A stretch of DNA of 64,000 bases from an uncultured Prevotellaceae bacterium. GTDB taxonomy: Bacteria > Bacteroidota > Bacteroidia > Bacteroidales > Muribaculaceae. Positions 27,346 through 39,400 of this stretch are shown piece after piece (position 1 is the stretch's first letter; each line of letters opens with the position of its first letter). Under the pieces are notes generated by a model that saw nothing but the letters and a program-made list of their open reading frames with translations, was not told the origin of the DNA and searched no databases. The position numbers and the translations under genes were made by a program. Location of the stretch: positions 214,588-278,587 of the forward strand of contig CAJLMA010000001.1 of NCBI GenBank assembly GCA_905207705.1. The letters are read 5' to 3'.

Positions 27346-30180
27346 TTAGAACGCATAACTAACGCTGAGCGAATAGTTGCGACCCGGCGAGAACTGACGC
27401 GTAACTTCTTCTACCTCTCCACCTGAAGTTTCTTCAAATTGCTTGTACGACACATCTTCGGCAAGAATGTTTCTCAACGAGAGTTTTACCTCAAAGTGGT
27501 CGCCAAACTTCTTCGATGCACTCAAGTCGAGCGTGTTGCGCGGCATTTCATAAGAATCGGGGATATTGACTACATTGTCTCCACTACCAAGGCTGCGGCC
27601 TACCCCGACAATACGTTTTCCTATGCGGTTATAAAGCAACGCGATGTTAAGTCCGAGATTCTTTGGCTGGTAGAACAAACCCGCATTTATCAAGTAAGGA
27701 GATTGACCTTGCATTGCGCGATCACGCTCATTGGAACCTTCGGCAAAACGCACCTTGCTCTTTATCAAAGCACCGTTGAAATTAACGCTGAAATCATTAA
27801 GCCCCAAGAAATCGAGATTTTTCTTTATCTCTACTTCAATACCATAAGTATCGGCACCTTCGGCATTCTCATAAGAATAAGTCAAGCTCGTGCCTCCATT
27901 CACCGTATAAGTCCACTCTATAGGATTCTTGAAATTCTTGTAAAAGAGTGAAACCGACATTAGTTCTCCAGGTGCAGGATAGAATTCATAACTCAAGTCC
28001 ACATTGTTTATATAAGCGGCCTTCAAGTCGGTATTGCCTTGAACATTGCTCGCAAGGTCGAAGTCGTAATAAACCGACGGCGACACCTCTCTGAACTCGG
28101 GACGGTTGATGCTGCGTCCATAAGACACACGCGCCTGATGCTCTTCGGAAAACTTATAAGAAGCATTGACCGATGGGAAAAAGTCGCTTGTGGTATAGAA
28201 CATGCTGCTCGGGCTCTTTTCATAATTACGCGTATTGCTTATAAGCTCCATTCTATTATATTCATAGCGAACGCCAGCATACACGTTGAACTTTTCAACC
28301 GGGATGTTCACCCCAACATAACCGGCCATTAGCCAATTGTTACCATCATAATTATTGGTCCAACGCACATTTTCAAGCATGTACAATTTGTCAGCACCAT
28401 AATTGGCCTCTGTCAGCAATTCGGTAGGAATATCCATGTAACGGAAACCATCGGGCAACGCATTGTCGGATGTGTCATAAGTGTAAATGAAATCCCTTGC
28501 CCTATAAGAACGTGTTCGATAATCACCATATGCACCGGCCTTTAATTGCGGTTCAATCTGCCCTACTTCAAATTTGTCCTTGTAATTGACATTTAAAGAA
28601 GCCGTATGCTCATTCAGTCGTGTAAATTCACGTTCAATGTCGTTTGCACTTGTCAACCCGAGATTACCTTGCTCTATGGCATCATTTATTACATAACGGC
28701 GACGATCGGGCATGCAATTATTTGCATAAGCATAACCAACGCTCCAATCAAAACTCCTTGCGTCGTTCAACTGGTGACGACCGGTAAACTGACCGTTATA
28801 TGTAGTGCGGCTCATGTAATAATACTCGGCACTCTCCTCATCGTTGGTCTGTGCGTCAACACCGGTTCGATAAGTATATCGGTCGCGACCCAACTGGTTA
28901 AAAATGTTCTTGAACTCAAAGCGGTTCATCCCATCGGATGACAGATAAGTCAAGTTCACCATCGCACCGAGTTTTGCATAATGGTTATACTGGTCATCCT
29001 CGCTATCGCGTAGATATACAGGGCGATTGGCTGTAACGTCGTAAGCTCCGAACAAAGAGTTTTCCATGTTCAATATGGTTCGATACGAATTACTGTAATT
29101 CAATGAAGCCAACAAGGCAAATGTCTGACCCTCTTCGCTTATCCACCTACGGTTCAATTCGGTATTGAACGACACGTCCATAACGGGTTTCTTGTTGCGT
29201 ATGCGCCAGTCATTATTGAATCCGTTGTTAAGCAAGTCAACGCCATTGCCGGCAATAGGATTCAACTGTGCATTCATTCCGCCGTTAAGGCTTCTAAAAC
29301 CATTGTCAAATCCGAGAAAATCAGTACCGCTACCCCTTGAATATTTGAAATCTTGGAAATGAGTCTGGTCGTTGATACTTCCGCCAAGCGATATTTTGAA
29401 CGAATTCTGCAACGGAATATCTTTTGTATTGATAAGGACGAAACCTCCACTGAAATCAGCCGGATACTCAGGTGCAGGCGACTTTACTATAATCATGTTG
29501 TCAAGTTGCGACGACGGAATCATGTCAAATGAATAAGCCCTTGAATCGGCTTCGCTGCTCGGTACCGCACTATTATTCAGCCACACATTATTATAACGTT
29601 GCGACAATCCACGAACCATTACAAAACGGTCATCTATAAGACTTATGCCAGGCACACGTTTTATAACTTCCGATGCATCACTGTCTTGTGTTTTCTTTAT
29701 TTGCTGGGCCGAAACACCGGTTTGCACTACGAGACTGTTCCTCTGCAAATCTACTAACGTGCCTTCCGAGTCGCGTCTTGCATGTCCTGTCACCACCACT
29801 TCATTCAGTGTCTGGCTTTCTGGTTTCATGGCAAAATCAACGACTGCCATCCCCGAAAGGTCAATTTCCTTTACTTCGGTGGCATAAAATACATAAGACA
29901 CCTCAATCGTGTAATGTCCGTTCTTCAATCCCGGAATCTCATAATTGCCGTCAAAGTCGGTCGACACGGAGATTCCTTCACTCGCAATCGAAATCGTAGC
30001 TCCTATCAAAGGTTCGTTCGTATCATCCACGACTTTCCCTTTTATGGCAGCGGCTTGCAAACTTATAGCTGTAAATACAAATAATGACAATAATAAAAAC
30101 CTAAAACACTTAAATCCTTTTCCCATTATTAAAACTATATTCTGTTTCATTAATCGTTTTTTGACGGTGCAAATTTCCAT
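27346..30180 (-). CDS. TonB-dependent outer-membrane receptor with an N-terminal carboxypeptidase-regulatory-like domain
   Basis: A signal peptide is followed by a CarbopepD_reg-like beta-sandwich (KGKVVDDTNEPLIGATISI...GNYEI). A plug region and a long barrel follow. The C-terminal residue is aromatic (..SVSYAF). There is no STN domain. Confidence 0.85.
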   Translation of the reverse strand: MEICTVKKRLMKQNIVLIMGKGFKCFRFLLLSLFVFTAISLQAAAIKGKVVDDTNEPLIGATISIASEGISVSTDFDGNYEIPGLKNGHYTIEVSYVFYATEVKEIDLSGMAVVDFAMKPESQTLNEVVVTGHARRDSEGTLVDLQRNSLVVQTGVSAQQIKKTQDSDASEVIKRVPGISLIDDRFVMVRGLSQRYNNVWLNNSAVPSSEADSRAYSFDMIPSSQLDNMIIVKSPAPEYPADFSGGFVLINTKDIPLQNSFKISLGGSINDQTHFQDFKYSRGSGTDFLGFDNGFRSLNGGMNAQLNPIAGNGVDLLNNGFNNDWRIRNKKPVMDVSFNTELNRRWISEEGQTFALLASLNYSNSYRTILNMENSLFGAYDVTANRPVYLRDSEDDQYNHYAKLGAMVNLTYLSSDGMNRFEFKNIFNQLGRDRYTYRTGVDAQTNDEESAEYYYMSRTTYNGQFTGRHQLNDARSFDWSVGYAYANNCMPDRRRYVINDAIEQGNLGLTSANDIEREFTRLNEHTASLNVNYKDKFEVGQIEPQLKAGAYGDYRTRSYRARDFIYTYDTSDNALPDGFRYMDIPTELLTEANYGADKLYMLENVRWTNNYDGNNWLMAGYVGVNIPVEKFNVYAGVRYEYNRMELISNTRNYEKSPSSMFYTTSDFFPSVNASYKFSEEHQARVSYGRSINRPEFREVSPSVYYDFDLASNVQGNTDLKAAYINNVDLSYEFYPAPGELMSVSLFYKNFKNPIEWTYTVNGGTSLTYSYENAEGADTYGIEVEIKKNLDFLGLNDFSVNFNGALIKSKVRFAEGSNERDRAMQGQSPYLINAGLFYQPKNLGLNIALLYNRIGKRIVGVGRSLGSGDNVVNIPDSYEMPRNTLDLSASKKFGDHFEVKLSLRNILAEDVSYKQFEETSGGEVEEVTRQFSPGRNYSLSVSYAF

Positions 30181-30375
30181 ATTGCAGATTACAATACTTT
30201 TTCATATCTGTAACATTTAGTTTGCATTATCTTAACATTTCAGTAACAGAGAAAAGACAAGACGCAAGTCATTATTTATCTTTCAATCATCTGCACAGCC
30301 CACAAATAAGGCGGTAGCATTTTGTCTATGCAAAAATAAGCAAGCCCATTTTTTCGCATTGCGCTTGACTTTCGC

Positions 30376-30383
30376 TATCTTTG
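30376..30383 (+). promoter_or_regulatory. Candidate -7 box (TATCTTTG) 20 bp upstream of the PASTA gene
   Basis: TAnnTTTG match. Confidence 0.3.
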
Positions 30384-30402
30384 CGTAATTAAAACTCAAG
30401 CC

Positions 30403-31095
30403 ATGCCGGCAGTCTCAAAACGGCTAGAACCGCATGACTTAAAACAAGCAAATTACAAAGTGGAAACAAACAAGAAAAAGTCGCGATTCATAAAACGACA
30501 TCCTATTATTTTCAATTTGATATTGATAGCCGTGGCAACAGTTATATTATGCTACGCGGCTCTTTTTGCCTTAGACATATTTACCGAGCATGGCAAAACA
30601 AGCACGGTGCCTAATGTAAAAAACATGCAACTGGACGATGCCATAACGACCCTGCGCAATGCAGGCTTTAATTGGGAAGTTACCGACTCTCTTTATAATG
30701 ACACATATGACCTTGGAGCCGTAGTGGAACAGACTCCAAAAGAAAATTCCAGCGTGAAGTCTCACCGCACCATATATCTGAGCGTAAACTCATCTTCTCC
30801 GCGCACCATTGCTTTGCCCAATCTGCGAGACCTGTCCATAAGGCAAGGGGAATCTACATTGAAAGGGTTGGGATTCCACAACATAAGCATCGATTCTGTA
30901 CCATCTCCATTCAAAGACTTGATTATCAAAATCAGTGTGGACGGTAGAGAAATTGAACCCGGCACCAAAATTCTTCCATCGGCCAACATAAAGCTTTCGG
31001 TAGGAAGTGGATATGGTTATAACGTGGCCGACACCATTGCAGAAGACTCGTTCGACCCTTATGCCGACAATGATTCGGCAGACATATTCCTGTGA
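30403..31095 (+). CDS. Membrane-anchored protein with two PASTA domains
   Basis: The TM anchor (IIFNLILIAVATVILCYAALFAL) is followed by two about 65-aa PASTA-like units that begin VPNVKNMQLDDAITTL and LPNLRDLSIRQGESTL. Confidence 0.7.
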   Translation: MPAVSKRLEPHDLKQANYKVETNKKKSRFIKRHPIIFNLILIAVATVILCYAALFALDIFTEHGKTSTVPNVKNMQLDDAITTLRNAGFNWEVTDSLYNDTYDLGAVVEQTPKENSSVKSHRTIYLSVNSSSPRTIALPNLRDLSIRQGESTLKGLGFHNISIDSVPSPFKDLIIKISVDGREIEPGTKILPSANIKLSVGSGYGYNVADTIAEDSFDPYADNDSADIFL

Positions 31096-31159
31096 TACAC
31101 AACCCGACATACAAAGAGGGAAGACATGCAAATTATACTTGTAAACCCAAATCTCTCAA

Positions 31160-32209
31160 ATGGAAGAAGACATAGACATTGAATCATCTCAACCCGACTT
31201 TGTGGACGACGGACGCGAATTGTGGGAACATTATCGATTCATAGCCGACAAAGGACAAACATTATTAAGAGTAGACAAGTTTCTCGTGGCACGCATCAAT
31301 GGCACGTCGCGTAACCGCATACAACAAGCTGCCGATGCCGGATGCATCATAGTAAATGGGAATGCCGTAAAATCAAATTACAGGGTTAAGCCGCTCGATG
31401 TAGTGAGCATTGTCATGGACAGGCCAAAATATGAAAACGAAATCATTCCCGAAGATATTCCGCTCGATATAGTTTACGAAGACCCCTATTTGCTTGTCGT
31501 GAACAAGCCGGCCGGACTTGTAGTGCACCCTGGCCATGGAAATTACTCCGGAACCCTCGTCAATGCCCTTGCATATCATTTCAAAGACAATCCCGACTAT
31601 GACGTAAACGACCCTCGCATGGGACTTGTACACCGAATAGACAAAGACACCTCGGGCTTGCTCGTTATTGCAAAAACTCCCGATGCAAAAACTTCGCTCG
31701 GAAAGCAATTCTTTAATAAAACTACCAAAAGGCAATATGTAGCAGTAGTGTGGGGCGAAATGCAACAACAAGATGGAACCATAACCGGAAACATAGCAAG
31801 GAATCCGAAAGACCGTCTACAAATGGCCGTATTCCCTGATGGCGAAACAGGCAAACATGCCGTTACCCACTACCACACGCTCGAGAACCTGACCCATGTG
31901 GCAGTTGTGCGATGCCAGCTTGAAACCGGTCGCACGCATCAAATACGTGTGCACATGAAATACATTGGCCACCCCCTGTTTAATGATGCAAGATATGGAG
32001 GCGACGTAGTGCTTCGCGGCACCAATTCGGGCAAATACATGCAGTTTATAAAAAACTGCTTTGAAACTTGTCCCCGACAAGCTTTACACGCTAAAACACT
32101 TGGATTCGTACACCCGAAAACAGGCGAACAAATGGATTTTGACAGTGAAATTCCTGCCGACATGCAAATTCTTATAGAAAAATGGCGTAATTTCTCTTCA
32201 TCTCATTGA
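31160..32209 (+). CDS. rluD: 23S rRNA pseudouridine synthase, RluA family (RluD-like)
   Basis: There is an N-terminal S4-like domain (LRVDKFLV) and the catalytic motif HRIDKDTSGLLVIAKT. Confidence 0.85.
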   Translation: MEEDIDIESSQPDFVDDGRELWEHYRFIADKGQTLLRVDKFLVARINGTSRNRIQQAADAGCIIVNGNAVKSNYRVKPLDVVSIVMDRPKYENEIIPEDIPLDIVYEDPYLLVVNKPAGLVVHPGHGNYSGTLVNALAYHFKDNPDYDVNDPRMGLVHRIDKDTSGLLVIAKTPDAKTSLGKQFFNKTTKRQYVAVVWGEMQQQDGTITGNIARNPKDRLQMAVFPDGETGKHAVTHYHTLENLTHVAVVRCQLETGRTHQIRVHMKYIGHPLFNDARYGGDVVLRGTNSGKYMQFIKNCFETCPRQALHAKTLGFVHPKTGEQMDFDSEIPADMQILIEKWRNFSSSH

Positions 32210-32311
32210 TATTTCTCTCCACATATCCCCTTTCCTCAATCTTTCAACCACACCTCTGCACTCAACGCGCCAAGCGCCAACACAAATCATAAACACGCCA
32301 ATCACACAAGT

Positions 32312-32932
32312 ATGAAAGAAATTAATCCGCGAGAAACGACACGCGCCTATGCTTTTGACATGTGGATGAATGCACCCATGCCTATGGTGACATTCTTCAA
32401 AACTCTTAACGTGGGACATATCATAAAAACAAGCAAAAGGAAAGGGCTAAAATTCAACATGCTCATGTGCTGGTGCATTGGCCGAGCAGCAAGCAACATA
32501 AAAGAATTTTACATCTTGCCCGTCGGCAACAAGCTCATCCAATATGACAACATTGCCGTTAACACCATCGTTGCAAATAGTGAAGGAGAAGTGAGCTCTT
32601 GCGACATACCATTTTCAAATGACCTGCAACAATTCAACTCCGACTATATGCGTCTCACTGCGCAGGTAGCCGAAAATTGCAAGAACCATGATTTGCCCGA
32701 AAGCATGGTAATCGGCACTTCTGCTTTGGCACAATATGACATAGATGGAGCCGTAGGCATGTACAGCGGCATATTCAATAATCCTTTCATGATTTGGGGT
32801 AAATATCGACACAACCTTTTCAAAACCACCCTAACGGTTTCGTTCCAATTTCATCACACACAAATGGATGGGGCACATGCGGCTCGATTCTTGGACAATC
32901 TGCAAAATGAAATAAACAACCTCAAAGCTTAG
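32312..32932 (+). CDS. Chloramphenicol acetyltransferase (CAT) family protein
   Basis: The C-terminal catalytic block HHTQMDGAHAARF aligns with the classical CAT H-H-x-x-x-D-G-x-H block. It is 206 aa. Confidence 0.7.
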   Translation: MKEINPRETTRAYAFDMWMNAPMPMVTFFKTLNVGHIIKTSKRKGLKFNMLMCWCIGRAASNIKEFYILPVGNKLIQYDNIAVNTIVANSEGEVSSCDIPFSNDLQQFNSDYMRLTAQVAENCKNHDLPESMVIGTSALAQYDIDGAVGMYSGIFNNPFMIWGKYRHNLFKTTLTVSFQFHHTQMDGAHAARFLDNLQNEINNLKA

Positions 32933-33130
32933 TGGCACCACCTTCCTCCGATAAAAGGAATGCTATGAAAAGCCTTGCCCAAGACGATGCGCAATTTATG
33001 ACAGAATAGGTATTTAAGTGTAACGACTCTGCTTATCATGTATGGCGGAGTGAATTTGCCCGGCTTCTTTCAGCGCGATTTATCAGCATCTGCAATCTCT
33101 GCACAAATCAATTGCACATGTATATGCATA

Positions 33131-33161
33131 AAAAAACTGCTCCGACATGAATCGGAGCAGC
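33131..33161 (-). terminator. Rho-independent terminator of tRNA-Leu
   Basis: The 9-bp stem CTGCTCCGA pairs with TCGGAGCAG across a 6-nt loop. The A7 run on plus gives a U7 run after the hairpin on minus. Confidence 0.55.
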
Positions 33162-33168
33162 CTCTCGG

Positions 33169-33250
33169 TGCGCATGAAGGGACTCGAACCCCCACTCCTC
33201 ACGGAACCAGATCCTAAGTCTGGCGCGGCTACCAATTACGCCACATGCGC
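33169..33250 (-). tRNA. tRNA-Leu (anticodon TAG), class II with a long variable arm
   Basis: Reverse complement reading gives these elements:
- acceptor GCGCATG/CATGCGC
- anticodon stem CCAGA/TCTGG with loop CTTAGGA
- a 13-nt variable arm
- T loop TTCGAGT
- discriminator A. Confidence 0.75.
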
Positions 33251-33410
33251 AAATGCAGTGCAAAGGTACGATTATTTTTTAAATTTCCAAAATTTCAAAG
33301 AAAATACTTACGCCTATTTTTACATGGAATTACGCAACTTCCTATATTACAACAATAAAAAAATCAACTATCACGTCTAAAACAACACGCCTAAAAGAGG
33401 CTTTCGTATA

Positions 33411-36400
33411 TCATCGTGTCAATGACAAATTAACCGAAATTCCGAAATTGGTATTGGTCGTAGGATAGGCTGTTGATGATACAAGAGGTGTATTTACCTG
33501 ATGATCAAAATAAGCACCCAAGGTGAGACGCTTGCTCAATACATAATTTGCGGTGAAATTAATTGCCAAAGTGCGAGTACCACTTGTAGCTTGCGCTATG
33601 TTGGTCTCTATTTTGCGAATAAGGGCATTGTTATTGGACAATGTGAAATCCAAATTCATAGTCAGGTCGTTGCTTACTCCTTGCTGCGACTTTCCTATCT
33701 TCAAGACCGAATTAAAATTAGCAATCTTATATCCACCACCTATCACAAGCGACTTGCTCGAAGCCTCCACAAGTTGGCCTGCCGATGAGTTAAGTGTCAA
33801 TGTACGGCTGTCACGATACTCTGCGTTGAAAGTGACATTGTTATACATCGTCGCCGAAACACCGATAAGAGGTGCAAATTTCTCGGTTATCGCAACCGAC
33901 GATATATTGTATGGCGATGTAGGATATGGATTCTGCGTCAATTCACTCTTGCTGAACCCGAGCCCCTCTCCTATCGAAATCCAATCGGAATAACTTGAGA
34001 ACGAACCCACCGAATATGTACATTGATAGGCATGAGTAAGCGTGAAGCTGCGGAACAACTTCTTCAACGCATCCATTTTACCCAACCCATCGTAAGTGAC
34101 ACGCCAGTTAGGGAGCATCGCTCCTAATCCCGGGAACGGGTCAAGAGTCACTTTGTTTGGATCTTGCCCTGAATATGCCGCCACAAATGCCGGAATCAAC
34201 ACATCACTGCTTGCCGCATTCACCCCACCATTGGCACTATTATAGGGCTGTCCGGCCAATGCATGATTCTTCATAAATCCGGTAGTAGGATATGTGGCGC
34301 CCCTATAACGAGCCTCTATCCTCTGAGCAACGATAGGTATGTTCTCAAGGAACTTATTGAATGCGCCGCTTGCATAGCCGTCATCGGCCGATGCTCCACG
34401 CAATGCTGTGGCAATCGCACAGTGGGTCTTTGTATAGCTTCCCGAATAGGTGGTAGTCATGTCATCATACATGAACATTATCTGGTTTGTACGATTGTCG
34501 GTGCGATTGGTCGTCAATGTTATTTTAAGACCCTTTATCGGTTCCAAGCCAATCTCGGCGCTGAACTCTTCGGCACGCGAAAATAATGCCGGAGTTGTCT
34601 GAGTTTCGTCACCAAGCAGCCATCCACGGTCTTTTGCCTTTTTGACATAGTTTTCATCTATGAAACCGAACGCGAAATCAAGTCCCGGAGCAAGCATGTC
34701 GTAGTGTGTCGATTGGCCGAACACGTCGCCAATCTCGGGCAAGAACTGCGGCAACATGAGCGACTGCGTACGCTTGTAACGGATGCTCACATTTCTTACC
34801 ATCATCCCGAAACGTGTCGCGTATTGACCGGCTTCACGCCAGAAATTTTTCTTCTCACTCTTATCCTCAAGCACAGTCACTTTTATATTGTCTGTTCCAC
34901 GACTCAATATCTCGATGCTATTGGCATCCACGACACGGGTCTTTATGGCATAACGCTTGCCTGTCGACGTTACCGCGCTCACTTTAACTTTCTTCGTACG
35001 CAAATTATGACGCAACACTACCGACGTGTCTGCCTTCAACATCACGGTACGTTCAAACCTTTTTGGTCTCTTGCTGGCCGACGAAGAACGACTTGTACTA
35101 CTGAATCGCTTATTTACATCCCTGAGGTACTTGAACTTATTATAAAACTGCTCGAGGTTCAACCGTCCGTCGATATTCCAAGATGATTGATTGGTAACGG
35201 TATGCCCCGATTCCACTCCATCGACCGAAGTCCCTCGCTCCCAATCATAAGTAGAATTGTAAGTTACCGACGCATTCATGAAATTCAATGCCGGTATAGA
35301 ATTGAACGGTGCCTTATATGTGGCTACGAACGACTGATTATAAGAATATGGCGTACCAAGGTCCTTTATGCTTTGCATAATTGAATCTTTCCACAATTTA
35401 TATTTGTCGGGGAATAGCTTCTTATTCACAGCCCCTATCGGCTCTTCAATGTGGGCCGTCGTATTGGAATTAAACGACACGTTGAACGACTTGGTAAAAT
35501 TCCAGTTCAATGCAAATTGACGATCCCATAAGAAATTCTTGCTCACCGACACCGGCAAGTCTATGTCACTGTCGGTATTGTTACGTTCCTGCTGTTCGTA
35601 ATAATATCGTGATATGTTTGTATAAAATTCTATTGAAGAAGGCAACCAGTTAAATTCCCAATCTTTCAAGAATTTGACATTTTTAGACTTGCTCTTCAAT
35701 CCAGAGAATGGCTTGAAGGGCTTTATGTAAGGAGAATAACTATATTGCAAGCTTCCACGATAGTCGCTCGTGTTTTCATATTCGTTATCCGGGTCTACAT
35801 TTCTTTGCTTGTTTGACGAATAACTGAACGTGAAATTGGCCGGATCCCATGGCATTGGATTCTTGCTCTGCACATCAAAGCGCAATCCCGACACGCTGAA
35901 ACTCTTCACCGTCTGCCTCGTTATTGCAAAAGATTCTATGGAATCGCGCTGTGCGTCAGTTGCACACGCATCAAGAGCATCTTTCAACAAGATATCCTCG
36001 TCAAGCGGATTATACTTCGGAGTGGTTTTCTCCTTAGTCATCGAGAAGTATATAGGTGCTGTCAATTTGGCTTTTTCCGGCAAGAATCGTCCCATGTCAA
36101 CCTGAACGGCAACATTATATTGTCCGTAATCTTCCAGATTGCGTTGCGACAATCCTTGATCCACCGAACCAAATCCGACGGTTTCCTTATGTCCGCCTAT
36201 GTTAATCGTAGCAATATCGCTTATCGACAGGTTCATATTTCCTTTAGCAGCCCAACCACCCTCGTTGTCAAAGTCGGTCACTCGCAACTCGTCGGTCCAT
36301 ACTATGCAATCCTTGGTCGATGGGGAATTATTGCGCACACCTATCATGATTACACGCACGTCGCTCAATGAAGGATTACCCTTGACGGTAACGCGGTTGT

Positions 36401-39400
36401 TCCGTGAATCATATTCTGAATATTCCTGATTATACGAGACTCCTGACATTCCGGCCATCTTATAAGCGTTACGATTCTTCTTCAGATTGGTAAATACCGA
36501 AAGTTCACAATCAAGGCGGTTACGTTCGGGCCATACTGCAAGACGGTCGGTATCGCTATTGCCATTATACTGTCCTTCGGGTGTCAAGTCGAGAGGTATT
36601 TCATATTCATAGTAGTTATTCTTTATATCCGACCCGAGACGTATAAACATCGACACATCGCCATCCGACAATCCGGTAACATCGTCAACGAGAGCCTCAT
36701 TGTGGACATGCATCTGCAACCGCTTGTATATACGCAAATCAAGGCTTGTATTCTTGTACACGGCTCTTGCGTCGCCTGCCTGCAATCCGCGCACCTCAAG
36801 CGACATTGACTGCTCGTTCAACTGTGTCACCTGCGCCTGGCTCGGATCCACTATACGTGTCACGCCCGGAGGCAACACATAATTCACCGGCGTCCTTCCT
36901 GCATTTTCCTCTATGTTGACCGCGCTTACGTCGATACTTCCCTCAGCAGGAGCATCGCCTCGCTGATTGAGATTATAATCATAAGTGCGCCATTCTCCCC
37001 TGACAAGTTCCAATGTGGCAAAACGCAAGAATGTCGGATTTTTAAATCCTGTCATGAACATCCTTATGAAACGAATAGTGGAGAAATCGGAAATCGAACC
37101 AACTACCTTGTCATAGTCGCTCAATGGTATCTTGAATTGATACCATTCTACGGGTGTCTGGTTACCGTCGCGAGTGGTGACGACAGTTTCGCGCTTGTCG
37201 GTAATGTAATTCTGCCCCACCACAAAATCCTCGGGACGTATTGAAATACGATACTGGTAATATCGCTCATATTCATTAAGCGTGTTGTCTTGGTTTATGT
37301 CTTCAACATCGGGTACGCTGCGAGCCGACTGGTAAAGGCCGTCTGCAACCTCATCGCTCGACAATGAGTTGCCTTCAGTACCATTATAATGCTTATAACG
37401 TTCCAATATCGACAATTCCTGTTCATCATAGTCATAACCACGATAAAAATGATAGTTATCGCTGGCCGGGTCATTGAGCGGAGAGAATTGGTCTTGTTCC
37501 ATTTCGGCAATCACGTTGGCCGGCAAACGCATTCGCAATTCTTCTATAAACTTCGCATAACTTTCATGGGAGAACTCATCGTCGTTTGACAATCCGTCAA
37601 GACCTACGTCCTGAAGTGTGCGTGCGCCCGAAGCATTATCAAAAGCGTATGTGAGCGAAGTCTGAGTCGACACACGTCCCCACACGGTCTCAAGCATATA
37701 CTGGTCACTCCCGTTGGCCGGTATTCCGTTTTCATAAGATTTGTATCCATCTTTCAAGATGTCTTCACTCACCTCTCCCAAGTTGAAATATAGGTCACCA
37801 CCTTCGGTATTCGGATTTTCAGGATCAAGGAAAGGACTCATCATCCAAAATTGTATATACTCAATGTTGGAACTTTCAAAATTGGTATTGTCGAGCTTAC
37901 GCATTATGCCACCCCATCGTTTCTCCGGATTCAACAACGACCCGTCAGGAGCTATGTTGGTGGCATCTAAGTTATAAGGGCCACGCTCGCTCGGATAGAA
38001 TGCCAAGTTGAGAGTTTGCAACGTCGAAGACTCTCCATAATTAAGTTCACGATTGGGGAAAAGCTCGTCATACTCAACTTCACGCACATACGGATGTGAA
38101 AGCTGGGCAAGGTCGTTTCTTATGTAACCCGGAGCAAGCGACGAGTTGCGTTGCGTAAAAAGACGGTCTATATAATACCACGCCAATAATGCACGGTTTT
38201 TTCCGTAATTGATATTATTGCTCTCCCCGGCTTCAGGGAAAAGGGCATTTTCTCCGGAATCGTATGGCGTTGCCGACAAGAACCAAGAATATGGCGAGCG
38301 CAAATCAATTCCTGTCTGCGTCGACTCGAAATCATCTATGTAAGAGCTTCCTTCTGAAGATCCTGTATGCTTCTGATGCGGTACCAATTGAGCAAATTCA
38401 CCCGTCAAGTTTATCGAAGACGGTGCCGTGGCATTTACAGTCGGAATCTTATTCAAGAGATTGGTCAGCCACATAAAATCGGTATTATATGCAAAATTAA
38501 ACCCCCAAATGCTGTTTGTAACAACCTCATCGCCTATCGCCACCTTTTCGGTGAGCGGTTTTTCGGAATAGTGCATCACCGTAGCCCCCAAATTGAAATC
38601 CTTTGAAAATTGGTAGTTCAAATCAAGGCCTAACAAGGTCTTGCGCTGCATGCTGAAATTGGACTGATTCTCCAGCGACACATTTATGCTCGTTCCGGCA
38701 TCGATAATACTCTGATTGGTAATAGTGACTATACCCATGTTATAGTCTACAATGTAGTCGCTGTTTTCGGTCAATGTCACGCCACCGGCAGTAACTACAA
38801 CCGAACCACGAGGCACGTTCATGGCATTAAGCCTGATTTGAGCTCCCGATGATGCTTGATATTCACCGGTCAACGTAAATTTATTTTTATCTTGAATCTG
38901 CCTTGCCACAGTCAACGTCGAATCATACAACTCTTGATACACATATTTATCAGCAATGGCATCATTCCCTATTTTGTCGCGCAAATGCCGTCCGAAAGGT
39001 TCTGCTACCGGGAAAATCACCTTACCAGTAGCCGCAAGAATCGTATAGCCCTCTATATAATCAAATCGACCGTCAGGATTAGTTTGATTGTTAGAATCAA
39101 GGCGATCGACATTTAACACTTGAATAAGAGGTACCCCATTGATATTGCCTTCAGGAATATAACTTATTTCCGTGCCTGTAGTATCACTCAAGTATTTGAC
39201 ATTCAACTTAAAATTTTCCTTTTGCACCTGATATGCGCCAAGCGAATACACATTCTTCATCATCAACTTCCACATAGGCAACTTGGGGGAAACTGTCGCT
39301 CCCTTCAACATCTTCACATACAGTGATTGGTCGGTTGATGATATGTCTCCCGAAAATTCACCCACTTGATAAGTATTTCCTCGATAAGTGTATTGATAAG

